Part shown: positions 36,601 through 49,414 of the stretch, one piece after another | Layout of the letters: each line of letters opens with the position of its first letter | How positions within the stretch are numbered: the first letter of the stretch is position 1 | Source of the DNA: Ginglymostoma cirratum | Taxonomy: Eukaryota | Reading direction: 5' to 3' | Length of the DNA stretch: 64,000 bases | NCBI GenBank assembly: GCA_024137785.1 | Contig: JAHRHZ010000021.1 | Location: forward strand, 45,106,051-45,170,050 | Translations under genes and position numbers: made by a program | Notes under the pieces: model-generated | What the model was told of the DNA's origin: nothing | The model's database searches: none | The model's input: only the letters and a program-made list of their open reading frames with translations

Positions 36601-39236
36601 CTCTCTGATGTTATGGAGGGAGGGTAGAGATAAACTGAAACTACAAATCTCATTTTTTACAGTCTATAATCATTGCTCTTATTATTTGGAAGGTAAATGT
36701 GTGTTTCTAAGCCCCTGTTAGTGTGTGGCCAATTTAAAGAAATAACAAAAGACTTTGGTGGGTTTCCAAATAAAGATGATTATTTATTCATACACTCACC
36801 CAGAGTCTAAATGCTGCAACAATTACTCAGCACCGCTGCACACACACTTGGGAAAGATACAGGTAAAGAGAATCAAGCACTTTTACATGCTGTAAACCAA
36901 AGAATAGTTCAGAGTTTGTTCATTGTCAAGCTCATTGAAGGCGGGTCTTAGTGGGTTTGGGAAAGAAGGAAGTCTTTCGCTCGACTTGATTTATTGGGTT
37001 TAGTTGAGTTCAGTTTGCCAAAGTCAAACATTAGGATTTTTGAAGGATTCCCACATAGAAATGAACATTTAGCAGGTCATTAAGTTGAGCCTTTTGGCAT
37101 TCCTATCAGGAGGCACTATTTCTTTACAGATGGGCTTAGATTTATGAATCAGGCTGAAACGTTTTTAAGGATGTTACAGCCGCATGCTCGTAAAGACAAC
37201 ACACTATTCTGACATCTGCAGTGTTTGTCAGGGTCTTCTACAGAAAATCAAGGTCTTTTTTGGGTCTTTATGGCAAAACTCATTACCTCCAGTCAGTTTT
37301 GATTACATGAACAAAATTGGGGAATTTGCACACTTTCAAAATATCTTTAACTTTTTTGATGGCTCCTGGAATTGAGCAGCTTGATTTCCAGAGCATTATC
37401 TTAGTCGTTCATAGCATCAACTAAATTTCTGGTCCTAAAAACTTACGAACATTAAAACAAACATTAAAACAAACTAACCCAGTGGAACTCACTTCAAAAG
37501 TGGAATAACGTATAATACAGATTTCGCCTTTTGTATTTCACCTCGCTTGAAATAAAAGGGCAATATTTGCATTTCCATTTCCTTTTGTACTGCCAACATT
37601 TTAATGATTCTAGTATTCATTCAACTTCTCATCATTTTTAGATTTGACAAAACCTGTAGTTTTGTATACTTATGATTACATTCCTTTGACACAAGCAAAC
37701 ATGTAAATTAGCAGAGTAAGATAAAGTTATCACCCTGGAACTTTGAAAGAAATATCATTTTTCAAGTTTTACTGACACCCCCGACTACATAAGTGCCTAA
37801 CAGTGAAGGAGGTTGCTTGTGTGTATTACATACATTTACCTAATAGGAAAACCAATCATTCAGATTTGTTCCTCATACACCACTTAATTGGCTATAATGG
37901 AAGTGACTTGTATTTTCTTTTGAAGGAAACATACAAAGTTTCTTCAAGTGCATGAACTCAATATTGTACTGAATCAATAGTTGCCAGCTCAGATTGTGAA
38001 CTGATGACAAGTGGGGCAGTTTGAGAAGTTACAGCAAGTGTAAGGGAGCATGAGCTCAAAGAGATTGGCCTAGATCAAGTCAGTTTAGAAATGAACTGTG
38101 AAGAATTACATTGCTGTTTCAATTAGATATTTGAGGCTTATTTAATTAGGGAAAATATCTTATAAATTCAAGGGCATTAATATCATGCACAAGAAAGGTG
38201 GAACTGTCCCAGGAAAATTGCAATGAATGCCAATTTGCTTAATGAGAGCTTTTACTAAAACCCTGGTTTTAACTAAATAAAATACAAAGTACCACAAAAA
38301 ACGGTATGACATTAAAATAAATCAAAACAGTGAAGGTAGCAGCATGTTAATTGGTCTTGGCTGATTGTGGCCAGCTCAGCGCAGTTAGTAATGCCTGTGC
38401 TCTTACGACTGAGTCAGAAGGCTGGAAGTTCAGACTCCACAATGCATCTGCTCTGAATGTGGAAATGCAATATTGCTAAACATTTGGATGAAACAAGAAA
38501 CACAAGTGTTAATTAACTGACAGGTAAAAGATCACTGGCAGGATTCAAAGTACGGGGAATTCTCTCACGTCCTTTCCCTCACAACATTCCTTTCCCGTAC
38601 TAAAGTCAGACTATTTGATTGCTCATCTATCTCATTGACTCAGCTTTTAGACACCTGCTCTTAGATGTCTTCATGTGAGTTGGTAAAAATTTTATCTGAT
38701 AATACTCAAGTGAATCACCTTGCAATGTATTTAGTACATTAAAGTTGCCATATAAATGCAAGTTGTTGCTTTGTACTGACTGGTTTTGTTTGCTTACACG
38801 ATAAGAAAGACATCACCACAAAACTAAGACTATCCTCTGGTTAATTGGATGCGTCAGAACATCCAGGAAATGAAGAGACTACATAAACATGCTATGAGTA
38901 AAACCAGAATTGCTGTTTCCTTCGTTAATTAATCTTATTTCTTGGATAGTTCTGTAACCAGATACCCATCTTAAGCCAGGAACCTACTTTATACAACAGC
39001 ACAAGAACTTTAAAGCTTAATTTGGGATATCTTATGAAATAATAAACATATATATCTGAAATATTAGAACAATAAGTTAACATTTCATGGAAAATATAAA
39101 ACAAATGGATGCTCTTTGTTTATCACATATGTACATGACGAGAGGTTAAAATAAACTTACGAAGGTGAATTTAGCGAGACACTAAATGAAACACACTGGT
39201 ATTTATGACACACAAAGATTATGTTAATACACTTAC

Positions 39237-40172
39237 CCTTTCTGCAGATTGAGCTGTGCCAAAAAATATTGGAATAAAAGCTAACCAAATTATGCAGGTG
39301 GTGTACATGGTAAATCCAATAGGTTTGGCTTCGTTAAATGTCTCTGGAACTCCTCTTGTTTTAATTGCATACACAGTGCATGTGACCATCAGCAGAATGC
39401 TGTATCCCAGGGAACAGATGAGAGAAAGGTCGGAAATGTCACATTTCAGAATGCCCCTGGCTTTTTCTGGATCAACAGTTCGTTGCTCCCCATAGTCTAC
39501 AACAGTGTGCGGAGGATCGACAGCAAACCAGATAAAGACTCCCAGGAGCTGCAGAGAGATTAGGCTAAAGGTGATTGCCAGCTGGGAAGCTGGACTGATA
39601 AATCTCGGAGCAGAGACAGACGTCTTACCTTGTTCAAATATTCTGTGAATTCTGTTAGTCTTTGTGAGCAGTGCTGCATAACTAATACACATGCCCAGTC
39701 CTAAGAAAATGCGTCGGAAAGAGCAAAGAACTGTGTCAGGAGTTGCAATCATGAGGAAGGTTACAGCATAGCATAAGAATATTCCAGTCAGCAAGACGTA
39801 GCTTAACTCTCGGCCGGACGCCCTTACTATCGGTGTATCGTTATGACGAATAAAAGTTGTAATGACAAACGTGGTGGCTATAATTCCAAGCATAGCTATG
39901 AAGACAGGAACTATAGCCCAAGGTGAATGCCATTCTAGCTTGATTATGGGGATCAGCTGGCAGTCTGTGCCATTCGCATTTGGTTTCCTATTGAATGGAC
40001 ACATTTGACAAGTTGTCTCGTCGATCTGGTACTGGTAACCTTCACAACGTTCACAATGCCAACAGCAGGGCACGCCCTTCACGGTTTTCTTTCTCTCACC
40101 AGACTTACATGGTAGGCTGCAAACTGACTGCGGGATCCTGTGTTCTCCTCTGCCCCACTGCATGTTCTTCAC
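39237..40172 (-). CDS. GRM8: Internal coding exon of a group III metabotropic glutamate receptor (GRM8-like): cysteine-rich domain plus TM1-TM6
   Basis: Translates to VKNMQW...[29 protein letters not shown]...[18 protein letters not shown]...[14 protein letters not shown]...[34 protein letters not shown]. Acceptor ctccgcag|GTG at 40172 and donor AGG|gtaagt at 39237; 936 bp, phase 0-0. IHRIF, ERCEGY and YGEQRT..PEKARG favour GRM8 over GRM4/6/7. Confidence 0.93.
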
Positions 40173-40914
40173 CTGCGGAGAGATAAATGAGTGAGCCCTT
40201 CAGAGATAGCTATATAACTGTCCATGTACAGAACTGAACCAAATTCTAAGCAAACATCGAACTCGCAAAAATTGCCTTCCTACACAAATTGTTAAAGATT
40301 CATAACTTCATTGTAAAGTTATGGCAACAGACAATGCATTAAACTTTGGAAACAAAAAATAGTGAGTGTGAGCCTTCAAATATTCTACAATTCAGAGCAA
40401 CTGTAAAGGATTAGTGAGACTCTAGTATAACTAAAATGATGGTGAGGTTCTTGGCCAGCTGGCCAGGTCAGTCTATCTTTCAATATGATGGTGGGGTGGA
40501 AAGGATAGGGCGGGACCTGCATTCTCTCTGTTCCTTCTTTTCCTGAACTTTGCATCAAATTTCAAATCTCTAATTTTGAAGTCTCACATTGAGATTTTCT
40601 GTTTCTCTTCTCTACTGTAACACACTGTTTCCCCTTTATTGGCAGTGTACACACACTTTGTTCCTTCCTAGATTTCTCTATCCTTTGACTGCGGTCATCT
40701 GATTACAAAAATTAATGATACTGCCACTGTTATTTTCTCTTTATGTTGGCTTGTCTACTCTGATCCCCTTCTAGTCCCCATTTTGAATTGTATTAATGTC
40801 ATCACTCTTCTTTCATCTTTTATTTCTGCAGCATGGTCCAAGCTCAAACAATGCAGGAATACTGATTAATTCATCCACTTTGCTGACAACATGTTTGTAA
40901 ATGGAATGTTATAC

Positions 40915-41250
40915 AGAGTAATGGTTAAGTCACTGGATGAGTAATCAAGAGAACACATTAAAATCTCTGAAGACTATTTGTGAATTTGAAATCAGTTCTA
41001 AAATGTCTGAAAATAAAGAAGTGTCAGTCAGTATAACACAAAGTAGCTGGATTGATGGAAAAGAAAACTACTGAGGGAATTTGCTATCTTCATTTGGTCT
41101 GGCCGAAATGTGATACCTGTCCTACACCAAAATGCTTGACTCTTAAATTGCCATCTGTAATGGCCAAGCAAGCCAACACTTTCTCAGGGTGCCTCAGGGT
41201 GTTCACTAAGTCCCAACCTGTCTAGCAACGTTTGCATCCTGAGAATGAAA
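40915..41250 (+). mobile_element. Degenerate tRNA-derived SINE of the family at 53790-54106, in the short GRM8 intron
   Basis: ggttaagtcactggatgagtaatc...ggtctggcc...gactcttaa..gcc..ctg..atggccaagcaagcc. Confidence 0.5.
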
Positions 41251-41830
41251 TATAATACAACGTAGAGATAACGCAGTTGGGATGCTTGAAATCTCAAAAC
41301 GAATATTCTAAATGAATTTGAAAGAAACTTTCTCACGAGCTTAAAAGAGTGACAGTGTATAGGAAATTAGTGCATAGAAATCAGTAGTGATAACAATAAC
41401 AGCATTTTCTTTGTGCATAGACATTATTACTAACTCAATGGATCTTATTACCAACCCATCCATCATTCACAATGGAAAGGAGCAGCTCAGAGGCTGGTAA
41501 TGACAGTAAAATCCTCCATTTGATGAATTAAGTTATTGCTATAGTACGAAGTTCTTGCAACAGGACAATGCACATTATCCAATGTTCCAGAAAGTAAATT
41601 TATATCGCAGTGAGCGTGAAAGCACATTCTGAACACAATAACAAATGGCTAAAGCATATTAAAGGCATTTCATGTCTGGCTAGTTCTGACAACATCTAGC
41701 CTTTATTGAATCAAATGAATAAGATATCCACAAAAAAAGACTTCCCATAGAATAAATACTCCAATGCAAATTTGAACCACAGCTGTTACTTTCATTGACA
41801 GCAAGGGAACAAAAAAAAACTTTTGCTTAC

Positions 41831-41970
41831 ATTCAAGTGAAGATAATCAGTCCACTGTCCAATAACTTTATATTCATGAGAGGTCAGATTGGAAACCTGA
41901 TACTGGTAGATGTCATATCGTCCAGGAGCATCTCCATTTTCATTAAATGTCACAGGGGTTCCAGCACTTC
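41831..41970 (-). CDS. GRM8: Preceding coding exon of the same GRM8-like receptor (end of Venus flytrap domain)
   Basis: (G)[46 protein letters not shown]. Acceptor tttgtag|GA and donor AAT|gtaagc; 140 bp, phase 1-0, joins in frame to the exon at 40172. Confidence 0.93.
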
Positions 41971-42896
41971 CTACAAAAACAAAGTACATATGGGAACCTT
42001 GAGAGAACACAACTAAAATTCAATTACTATGTGCAGCAAAGAATACATCATTTGATATGAAAATGAATGGCAAAAAGCTCTGCAAATAGACATGGATATC
42101 ACAATTCATACTCATTAACCAATATCATAAATTAACTAATTTTCAGTTGACTACAAGGAGGTAAGGCAGATAATAGGAAATAAGTTTCACATAGATACAA
42201 AGTCATATATTACTTTTAGTATAGTGTGGAGATAAATTTGCATCTTTTCCAGCCTATGACTGATTTTTATTTTCTATTCCTGGGAGAATATGTCAAAATA
42301 AAACAGCATTAATGTAATACACAGGTATTGGTGAAGGAAGGTTGTGACAGCTGTGTTAAAACCTAGATTGACTCTACATTTAAATTATTTTGTGTCAGAA
42401 AGAGTGTGAAACCAGGACAATCCCTGATGTAAAGGAAGCATTTTTGTCCAAGATCGAAAATGACTCCAGTGACAAAAATCAACACAAAACCATTCCAAAG
42501 CTGCAAATGACACAAGTGAGCATTTTTTTTCTATTTCTGCTGTTCAAATTCAACCTTGATTCGGGGGTTTCAATTTTCACTTGTCAGCTATAAGATGTGA
42601 CGAAGTTCATGCACAAACGTCTCAGCTCTGAATGGGGCATGAAACCGTAGCATTAATCGCCTCAAGCATGGATCAAGTCCCTGCAAGAATAAGTAAGGAT
42701 AATTGTTCAGGAGATTTTGCATTGCTAAATTGCAAACGTTATTTGTGAAAATAATGTTGGCACTAAGTAATGGGAATTTTGCATCGATTTGTCCTTGTGC
42801 TATGTTTATTTTAGTTGATTTGGACCCATAATTTGGCAAAGGTACCACCAAGGTAGGATACTGAAAACAAAAGGCTCTCATCAGATGCCAATGTGG

Positions 42897-43690
42897 TAGG
42901 CTCCGATTTCCACTTATGTGGAATATGATGTAATTCGGGTGGGCAAGGCAGGCTGCTCATCAGTTGTTCTCTCATACCCCATCCCTCCCAAACATTGATG
43001 CTGTGGATATAGCGCAGGCTAATGACCAGGGTTTTTCATTTTGCAGGCAAAGTGTGGAGGTGGGCATCTTTAAGGGCGTGACACCCCACGCTCCCACTAG
43101 CAAGAATTCCCACCAGACTGCATGCCAGTTAAGAGGATTAAACTCTGACCAGCCAGTTCTTTGTCCAATCAGAAACCCTGGCCAAGATGTATCTCTGTGC
43201 CTGAAGCTGCGAGCCAGCCAGAGGCCAGCTGTCACTGTTAGCTGATCAGCAACCATGAACACTGGGACTGGCACAGAGGTAAGTACATTTGCAGTTTTAA
43301 GGAGAAAGGGTTCAGTGGGGGTCAGGGCAAGGGCAGTAGTGTGATCTTCAGCAGCCAACCCTTGCCCTGCATCTGTGCTCCCAATTGCCCCCACATCCAC
43401 CCCCAAAAACAACAGGCATTTTTCCAGGCAGGAAGGAGACTACTTTTCTCTTCAGCTGGGAAGGCAGGAAGTTGGACCAGTAGCAGGCTGAGACCTTTGT
43501 CTGGTTGTTAATTGACCATTTAAGACTCTGATTTGGTTGCAAGTAAGAAAGACGGCCCATGGATCTTTCTGCACAGAACTGCTGCGGCAGCAAAAGGAAG
43601 GTTAAGTCTCTCTCCAGTGCAAACCTGACTGATTATTTGCCCTTCTCAGCAGCGAAACTGTTATCTTAAGGGAAGGGAAAGTTCCATGCA
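42897..43690. mobile_element. Possible non-autonomous Harbinger-derived element
   Basis: GC-richer non-coding block with GG..gatttcc / ggaaagttcc-like ends, similar to the end motif at ~52029-52042. Confidence 0.3.
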
Positions 43691-45089
43691 ATATCATCTT
43701 CAATTTCGAACTTTATTCTTTAGCAAGACAAGATACAAGAGACATCTGTATGTTCCTCATGTCTAGTGCAGTTATGGGTCCTGGAGTCAGGGTGTTGGTG
43801 TAGGTCAGCAATAGTTGGAATTTAAATGGTTTGCAATCATCTAATGATTGATCTCAAAGCAATAAGGAAAGCCGGTTTCATTATATTTTTCTAAAAAAAT
43901 TTATTCTGGCACAGTTGGACAAGCAATGAACAACAAAGCATTTAGATGAGTTGACATCCCCTGTCCCCAGCCTCATACAGGCACTCATTTTAACACAGTA
44001 AATGCCCTTGGAACCAACCCTTACTGTAATGGTGACCCCCATCCCCTTCAGAATGATGTTGAGGACAGATAAGGGGTAAATAGAATCCCTTTCCCGTTAA
44101 TAAGAAATCTCCATTCAAATTGGTATAAGCATCCACCCTGGCTGTCTGAACTGGTTCATTACTGGTGAGGGAGTGTGGAAATAGCAGAAGAATGAGTGCT
44201 CAGCTTAAAGGAAGTCTCTGGTTTCACCATTCCTACATCCTCCTTATCCTTGTGGCCACTGAATTCTATGGCAGGTTTCTGGGGACTACAGGATATGTCA
44301 GTCAGTATCTCATGCAGTTGTGGCATTCATTTCTGCCAGTTGTAGGCTCTAGTACAGATACATCCAGTCTCTAGCATGAATAACACCCTAATAGATTGAG
44401 CAGCCAGCACTGTGTGAGTTGCATAGCAACAGTGAGGATGTTTTATTGTGTGGATTGATGCCACGCTACAAGTCTGGGTGTGAGACAGACTGGTCAAGGA
44501 CAAGGTAAGTCAAGAACTGTCTTCAGCTTAGACTTCAAAGTAATACTATTTCTCATGTATTAATACTGAACACTACTATATAATATAATGATAGATTTCT
44601 ATTGATACATTACGTTGGGATTAAACTATTTTCTTCAGGTATTCATCTCCATGTGGTCATGTGAGTCATCCCCTCTAGAATGGTGCAGAGGTGACAAATC
44701 ACTAGTGTAGAGTCTAGTATAATGTGGTCTAACTCTGTTCATATGATGCAATTTGTGCGCAGTGATGTGCAGCTCTGTGACCTCATCATAAGGTTGCTGT
44801 AGGGTCCTGAAGCCCGTACGCGACAATGAGCATGTAGCAATAGTAGTGCAGGAGAATAATGACAATGTACATGACAATGTAACTGATATTAACAGTCACA
44901 CATTATTTGAGACTTAAGAAAGAGGGAACGTTAAAACTGTAGAAGAGCTCTGGACATCAGTATTTGTACATCAGAGAGTAAGTAATCAGTTTACAGGAAC
45001 TCCTGGGAAAAAGACAATAATCAGTCTTCGATAATGTAGAGATGAGCAGTCTCGAGCAGGATTGGTCTAGCTAACTACAGTAGTGTCAG

Positions 45090-46108
45090 ATATAACAAGG
45101 TGTAGCCATGGATGAACACAGCAGCATCAGAGAAGCAGGAAAGTTGATGTTTTGGGTCTGGGCCCTTCTTCAGAAAAGATTTTGGAGTTTAACCCTGAAA
45201 AGTGTGAGGTGATTCATTTTGGAAGGACAATCTTGAAAGCAGAATACAGGGTTAACGGAAAGATTCTTGGCAGTGTGGAGGAGCAGACGGATCTCAGGGT
45301 TCATGCCCACAATTCCCTGAAAGCTGCCACCCAGGCGGATAGAGTTGTTAAGAAGGTGTATGGTGTGTTAGCTTTCATTAATAGACGGATTGAATTCAAG
45401 AGCTGTGAAGTTATGCCCCAGCTATACAAAACCCTGATTCGGCCACATCTGGAGTATTGCGTTCAGTTCTGGTCACCTCATTACAGGAAAGATATGGAAG
45501 CATTGGAAAAGGTGCAGAGGACATTTACCAGGATGTTGCCTGGAATGGAGGGAAGATCTTACGAGGAAAGGTTGCGAGAGCTAGGGCTTTTCTCTTTAGA
45601 ATGACGAAGGATGAGAGGTGACTTGATAGGGGTGTACAAAATGATCAGAGGTATAGATAGAGTGGATAGCCAGCGACTTTTTCCTCGGGTGGAGGTAATT
45701 ATTACGAAGGGGCATAGTTTTAAAGTGAGTGGAGGTAGATATAGGGGAGACGTCAGAGGTAGATTCTTCACTCAGAGAGTGGTAGGGGCATAGAATGCAT
45801 TGGCAGAGAGGGTAGTGGAATCGGCCTCATTAGGGGCATTTAAGCGGCTATTAGATAGGCATATGGATTATAGTATAAGGTAGGGGTGGAGGTTAGACAG
45901 ACATTAGGTTTAGGGTAAAAATTTCAGCACAACATCGTGGGCCGATGGGTCTGTACTGTGCTGTACTGTTCTATGTTCTATGTTCTATAAGGGTCCAGAC
46001 CCGAAACGTCAGCTTTCCTGCTCCTCTGACGCTGCCTGGCCTGCTGTGTTCATCCAGCGCTACACCTTGTTATCTCAGATTCCTGCATCAGCAGTTCTTT
46101 CTATCTCT
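45090..46108. mobile_element. Composite: inverted Penelope pLTR arms (45090-45178 on -, 45990-46108 on +) enclosing a CR1 3' fragment, flanked by a 15-bp TSD
   Basis: TSD ctacagtagtgtcag (45075-45089) and ctacagcagtgtcag (46109-46123); the arms are mutual reverse complements. Confidence 0.8.
45179..45988 (+). mobile_element. CR1 LINE 3' fragment (relatively young)
   Basis: EFNPEKCEVIHFG...LYKTLIRPHLEYCVQFWSPHYRKD...RFFTQRVV, then a (ttctatg)n tail. Confidence 0.92.
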
Positions 46109-47355
46109 CTACAGCAGTGTCAGGAGTGTAGTACAGACACCCAGCTCCCAAACCTCATGCTAAGCAGAGCCTATGAGTGCACAATAACGCAGGTCTAAGC
46201 AGCATTAGCACAGATCATGGAAGCCACCACTGTAGGAACAAGTGCACGGTGCATGCCTGTAAGATGATCCACGATGATCTGGTATCATTTGCTACTGTGC
46301 ACTATATCACACAAAGTCTGCTGACAGTTGTGCCAAGTCCATGACCTATTTTTGAGCGCAATCACTGTTTTACGTTGAAAGTTGCTTCAGATTATTCGTG
46401 ATGTCTATTGGCTAATACATGGTAAACAATTGGAGTTGAATTCCGAGAAAATCAAACAGACAAAAACAATGCATGGACAAAACAAACCAGAATGCAGAAG
46501 GTAAGAGGCTGCTTTTAATCAAGAGATTGTAATTAGCACCTAAAGTAGGTGAAGCTAAAGTAGGTGCAGGTAACTGCTTATATAGCAAGAGTTTTAGAAT
46601 CATTTTAAAGTCGTTAGAAAATACCCTTTCAATATTGTCATAAAATTCAACATTAAAATAAGCTACAGTTAAAAACTTGTTCAAACTAGATTATGTTAGA
46701 AAAGTAACATTTGCCGGTGCATCTGTTTTTAAAATTACCCTAGATCTACACAAAATTATGCAGTGAATTATCTGTATTTAATAAAGGTTTCTGCAGAACA
46801 GCATAAAAACTTAAACTCTGTAAAACTATCTTAAACTATAATTGAGCAATTGAGCAATTGTTTTGCTTGTGGAATAGAAAATATTCTGATCACAGGTTTT
46901 TTGTGACTAGTTGGTAGAAGATTGAACAGTGAATCTGTTTACAATGTACAAGGGCCAAGTATAAATCCTGATGATTATTGTGTGAGGAGCAATCAAAATT
47001 ACATTCATGCTAACTGATGCGCCAGCCGAAAACAGTTCTGAGTTTAAAAGGTCAAACTCCCTAGGAAAACTGGTGCTCCAACTGATGACGTGAGTAGCTC
47101 ATCATCTCACAGATAGATCAGCAACATTACACAGCAGGAGAGAGATTGAGTTCAGACGGTTGACAGTAGAAGAGGAGTTACCCGGAGTAAATTACGTTTC
47201 CTTCTCAGATTAACCTGAGTCAGTTGAAGTAAACTTTGTATGCAGTATTTTCCTTACACGAGGTAACTTTAAATATCTGGACAGATTAGCACAAGTTGTC
47301 CAGGATGATCAATAGAAAGGAAAATAAAATAAAGAATGTAAGGAAAGAGGAAAGT

Positions 47356-47582
47356 TGTAGTGATTGGAACCAGGTGGATCATATTGACTGTGAGATCCTT
47401 GATTGGCCCGGGTTAACAGCATCAATCAGGAATCCCTGGCTGACAGACATAAATAAAGGGTTTGGAGAGCCTCCTGATTTCAGGGGCTGACTCTGAACTG
47501 ATTGGTCACAGCCAGTGTACTGTACACATGTAAATAAAGGCTGTCTTGGTGACAAGATATCTGCCTCTGTGCAGTTATTTCA
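47356..47582 (+). mobile_element. Solo LTR (Gypsy-like), 227 bp
   Basis: TG...CA ends, internal aataaa, and a perfect 5-bp TSD aaagt (47351-47355 and 47583-47587). Confidence 0.8.
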
Positions 47583-49208
47583 AAAGTAAGTACAATTACG
47601 GCTGTTGGGAAGGTCCTATAGCATTTTCCTAAAAACATTAACGGTAGTTATGGAGAATGAACACTGCTGCCATTTTGATTAAGATATTCCAAACTGCAGC
47701 ACAGTATTTGATGTAATTTTGGCCTAATTTTTCAAACAATAGTAAATTATCATGGCAATGGTTATTCTAGGTTATATCAGGGGGTTATTTTACAGTATAT
47801 CAATTAAATGTTATAAGAACACTCTTACGACCCATTGCAATTGATTTCAATTTAAGAAATAAGCACCCATGTCAGTGGAATAAGACACCCACTACCAGCA
47901 ACAGATTTTAAAATTGGTCAATTCAATTATGCTCTCATTGTCTCAGGAAATTGGACACTTCTAGCTACTTAACATTTCAATTATTATTGAACATTTAAAA
48001 CATTAATTCCATGCCTCATCCAATCTGTGGTTATTTTATTACTAATTCTTTGAAGTTTTTTAAATGTTTGCTAAAAAAATGTTCAACAAATTAAAGACAA
48101 TATCTGTGCCTCAGGAATGACCATGATTCTTGGTGAAAAGAACAGTGATTGTGTGGTAATGTTGAAGAAAACATTAAGTAGTACAGGTCTCTGAGAGGGC
48201 AGGCACCTATTTCATGTTGAGTCAGTTTGATTTGTCTGTCATCCCATTGCTGGAAGACCACCTCCATTTTCATCTTAGTTAGAAATTAGAATGATGTAGA
48301 GGGAAAGAAAAGCAAAGAAGCTGAAAGGTTCAGGAAAACACAGACAATTAATGGTTATAAAGGCAAAAAGAAAACAAGCGCCCCTGAACTGGACACTCAA
48401 ATTCAGCTCAAAATTGTGTCTTGGAGCTCAGTGGAAAACAGGTGTGAGGAAGTCTAACTTGTCTCCCACAGAGAACTGAGAAGAAAACATAACAAGACTC
48501 CGTATTGGCAGAGATTGAAGTAATGCAAGGAGTCATGGAGATTACATTCTATCTAGTGTTCACGATATTAAAACATTTACATTCTTCTTCATGTATTCTC
48601 ACTTCTGTGAAAGTAATGAAACATTGGACAAATACACACATTATCTGGGAGCTCTATGATAATCTTACATCATACGTTATTTATAATAGTAGAAATGTTA
48701 TTTGCCCAAAGAACAGAAAAGCAATAAATATGTGTCTACTGATGAAGCACCATTACTTATAATCATGTTTAAATCAGTGTTGGAATCATTTATCATCTCA
48801 TGTGTTCTTGACAAGTAGAAGTTTCTACTCAATTATTTTTGTTTGCTGTGTACAACATCAGATCTCAGTAAAAATGAATTGTCGTATAGATTACATGGTA
48901 GTCTGGCAATCAAAAGTTGAAACATCATTTATCTATTTCCCTGTCAATCAGTGGTGCTAAATAAGGAAGGAACGATCAAGGGAGGAAATAGAATTAGGAA
49001 TAAAAAGAGGCATGAAGATACTATACAACAGAATCTTTTGTATTAGCATTATGGAATTCTTAAATGGTGCCAAAGGTGTTTAAATAGATTCTCACAGTAA
49101 GATTCAAACTGTAACTAATTGGCTATTTTTCAGAGCCATGCTAAGGGGAGTGCTGCACTGCGGAAAGTGCGACCTGATGCATTAGATACTCAACCAGGGC
49201 TACGTTTA

Positions 49209-49349
49209 GGATTTAATTTTGCAGAATTCCCGTAGGTTTTTCACAATTCCACCAGGCGACAATCTTAAAAGTTTTTTTAAAAAGCAAGAAATGATAAACA
49301 AATCCCGAATTTCTGTAAACTTACGTTAGTGAAGGGGCAAGATTCAGCC
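49209..49349. mobile_element. Tourist/Harbinger-type MITE
   Basis: Imperfect TIRs ggatttaattttgc / gcaagattcagcc flanked by TTA and TAA; sits inside a DeuSINE remnant. Confidence 0.5.
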
Positions 49350-49414
49350 TAACAGGAAAAGGAGAAAAGAATCTTCACTGCCATCATTGGGTATCACCCC
49401 GCTTACATCTATTC

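Noticed and set aside
36716-37451. TG...CA bounded LTR-like block
   Set aside because: No TSD and no second copy in the window to support the boundaries.
39219-40172. 317-aa ORF as a single-exon gene
   Set aside because: The start GTG is the first codon after a splice acceptor and the last residues (VSVLT) are read-through of the donor; it is an internal exon.
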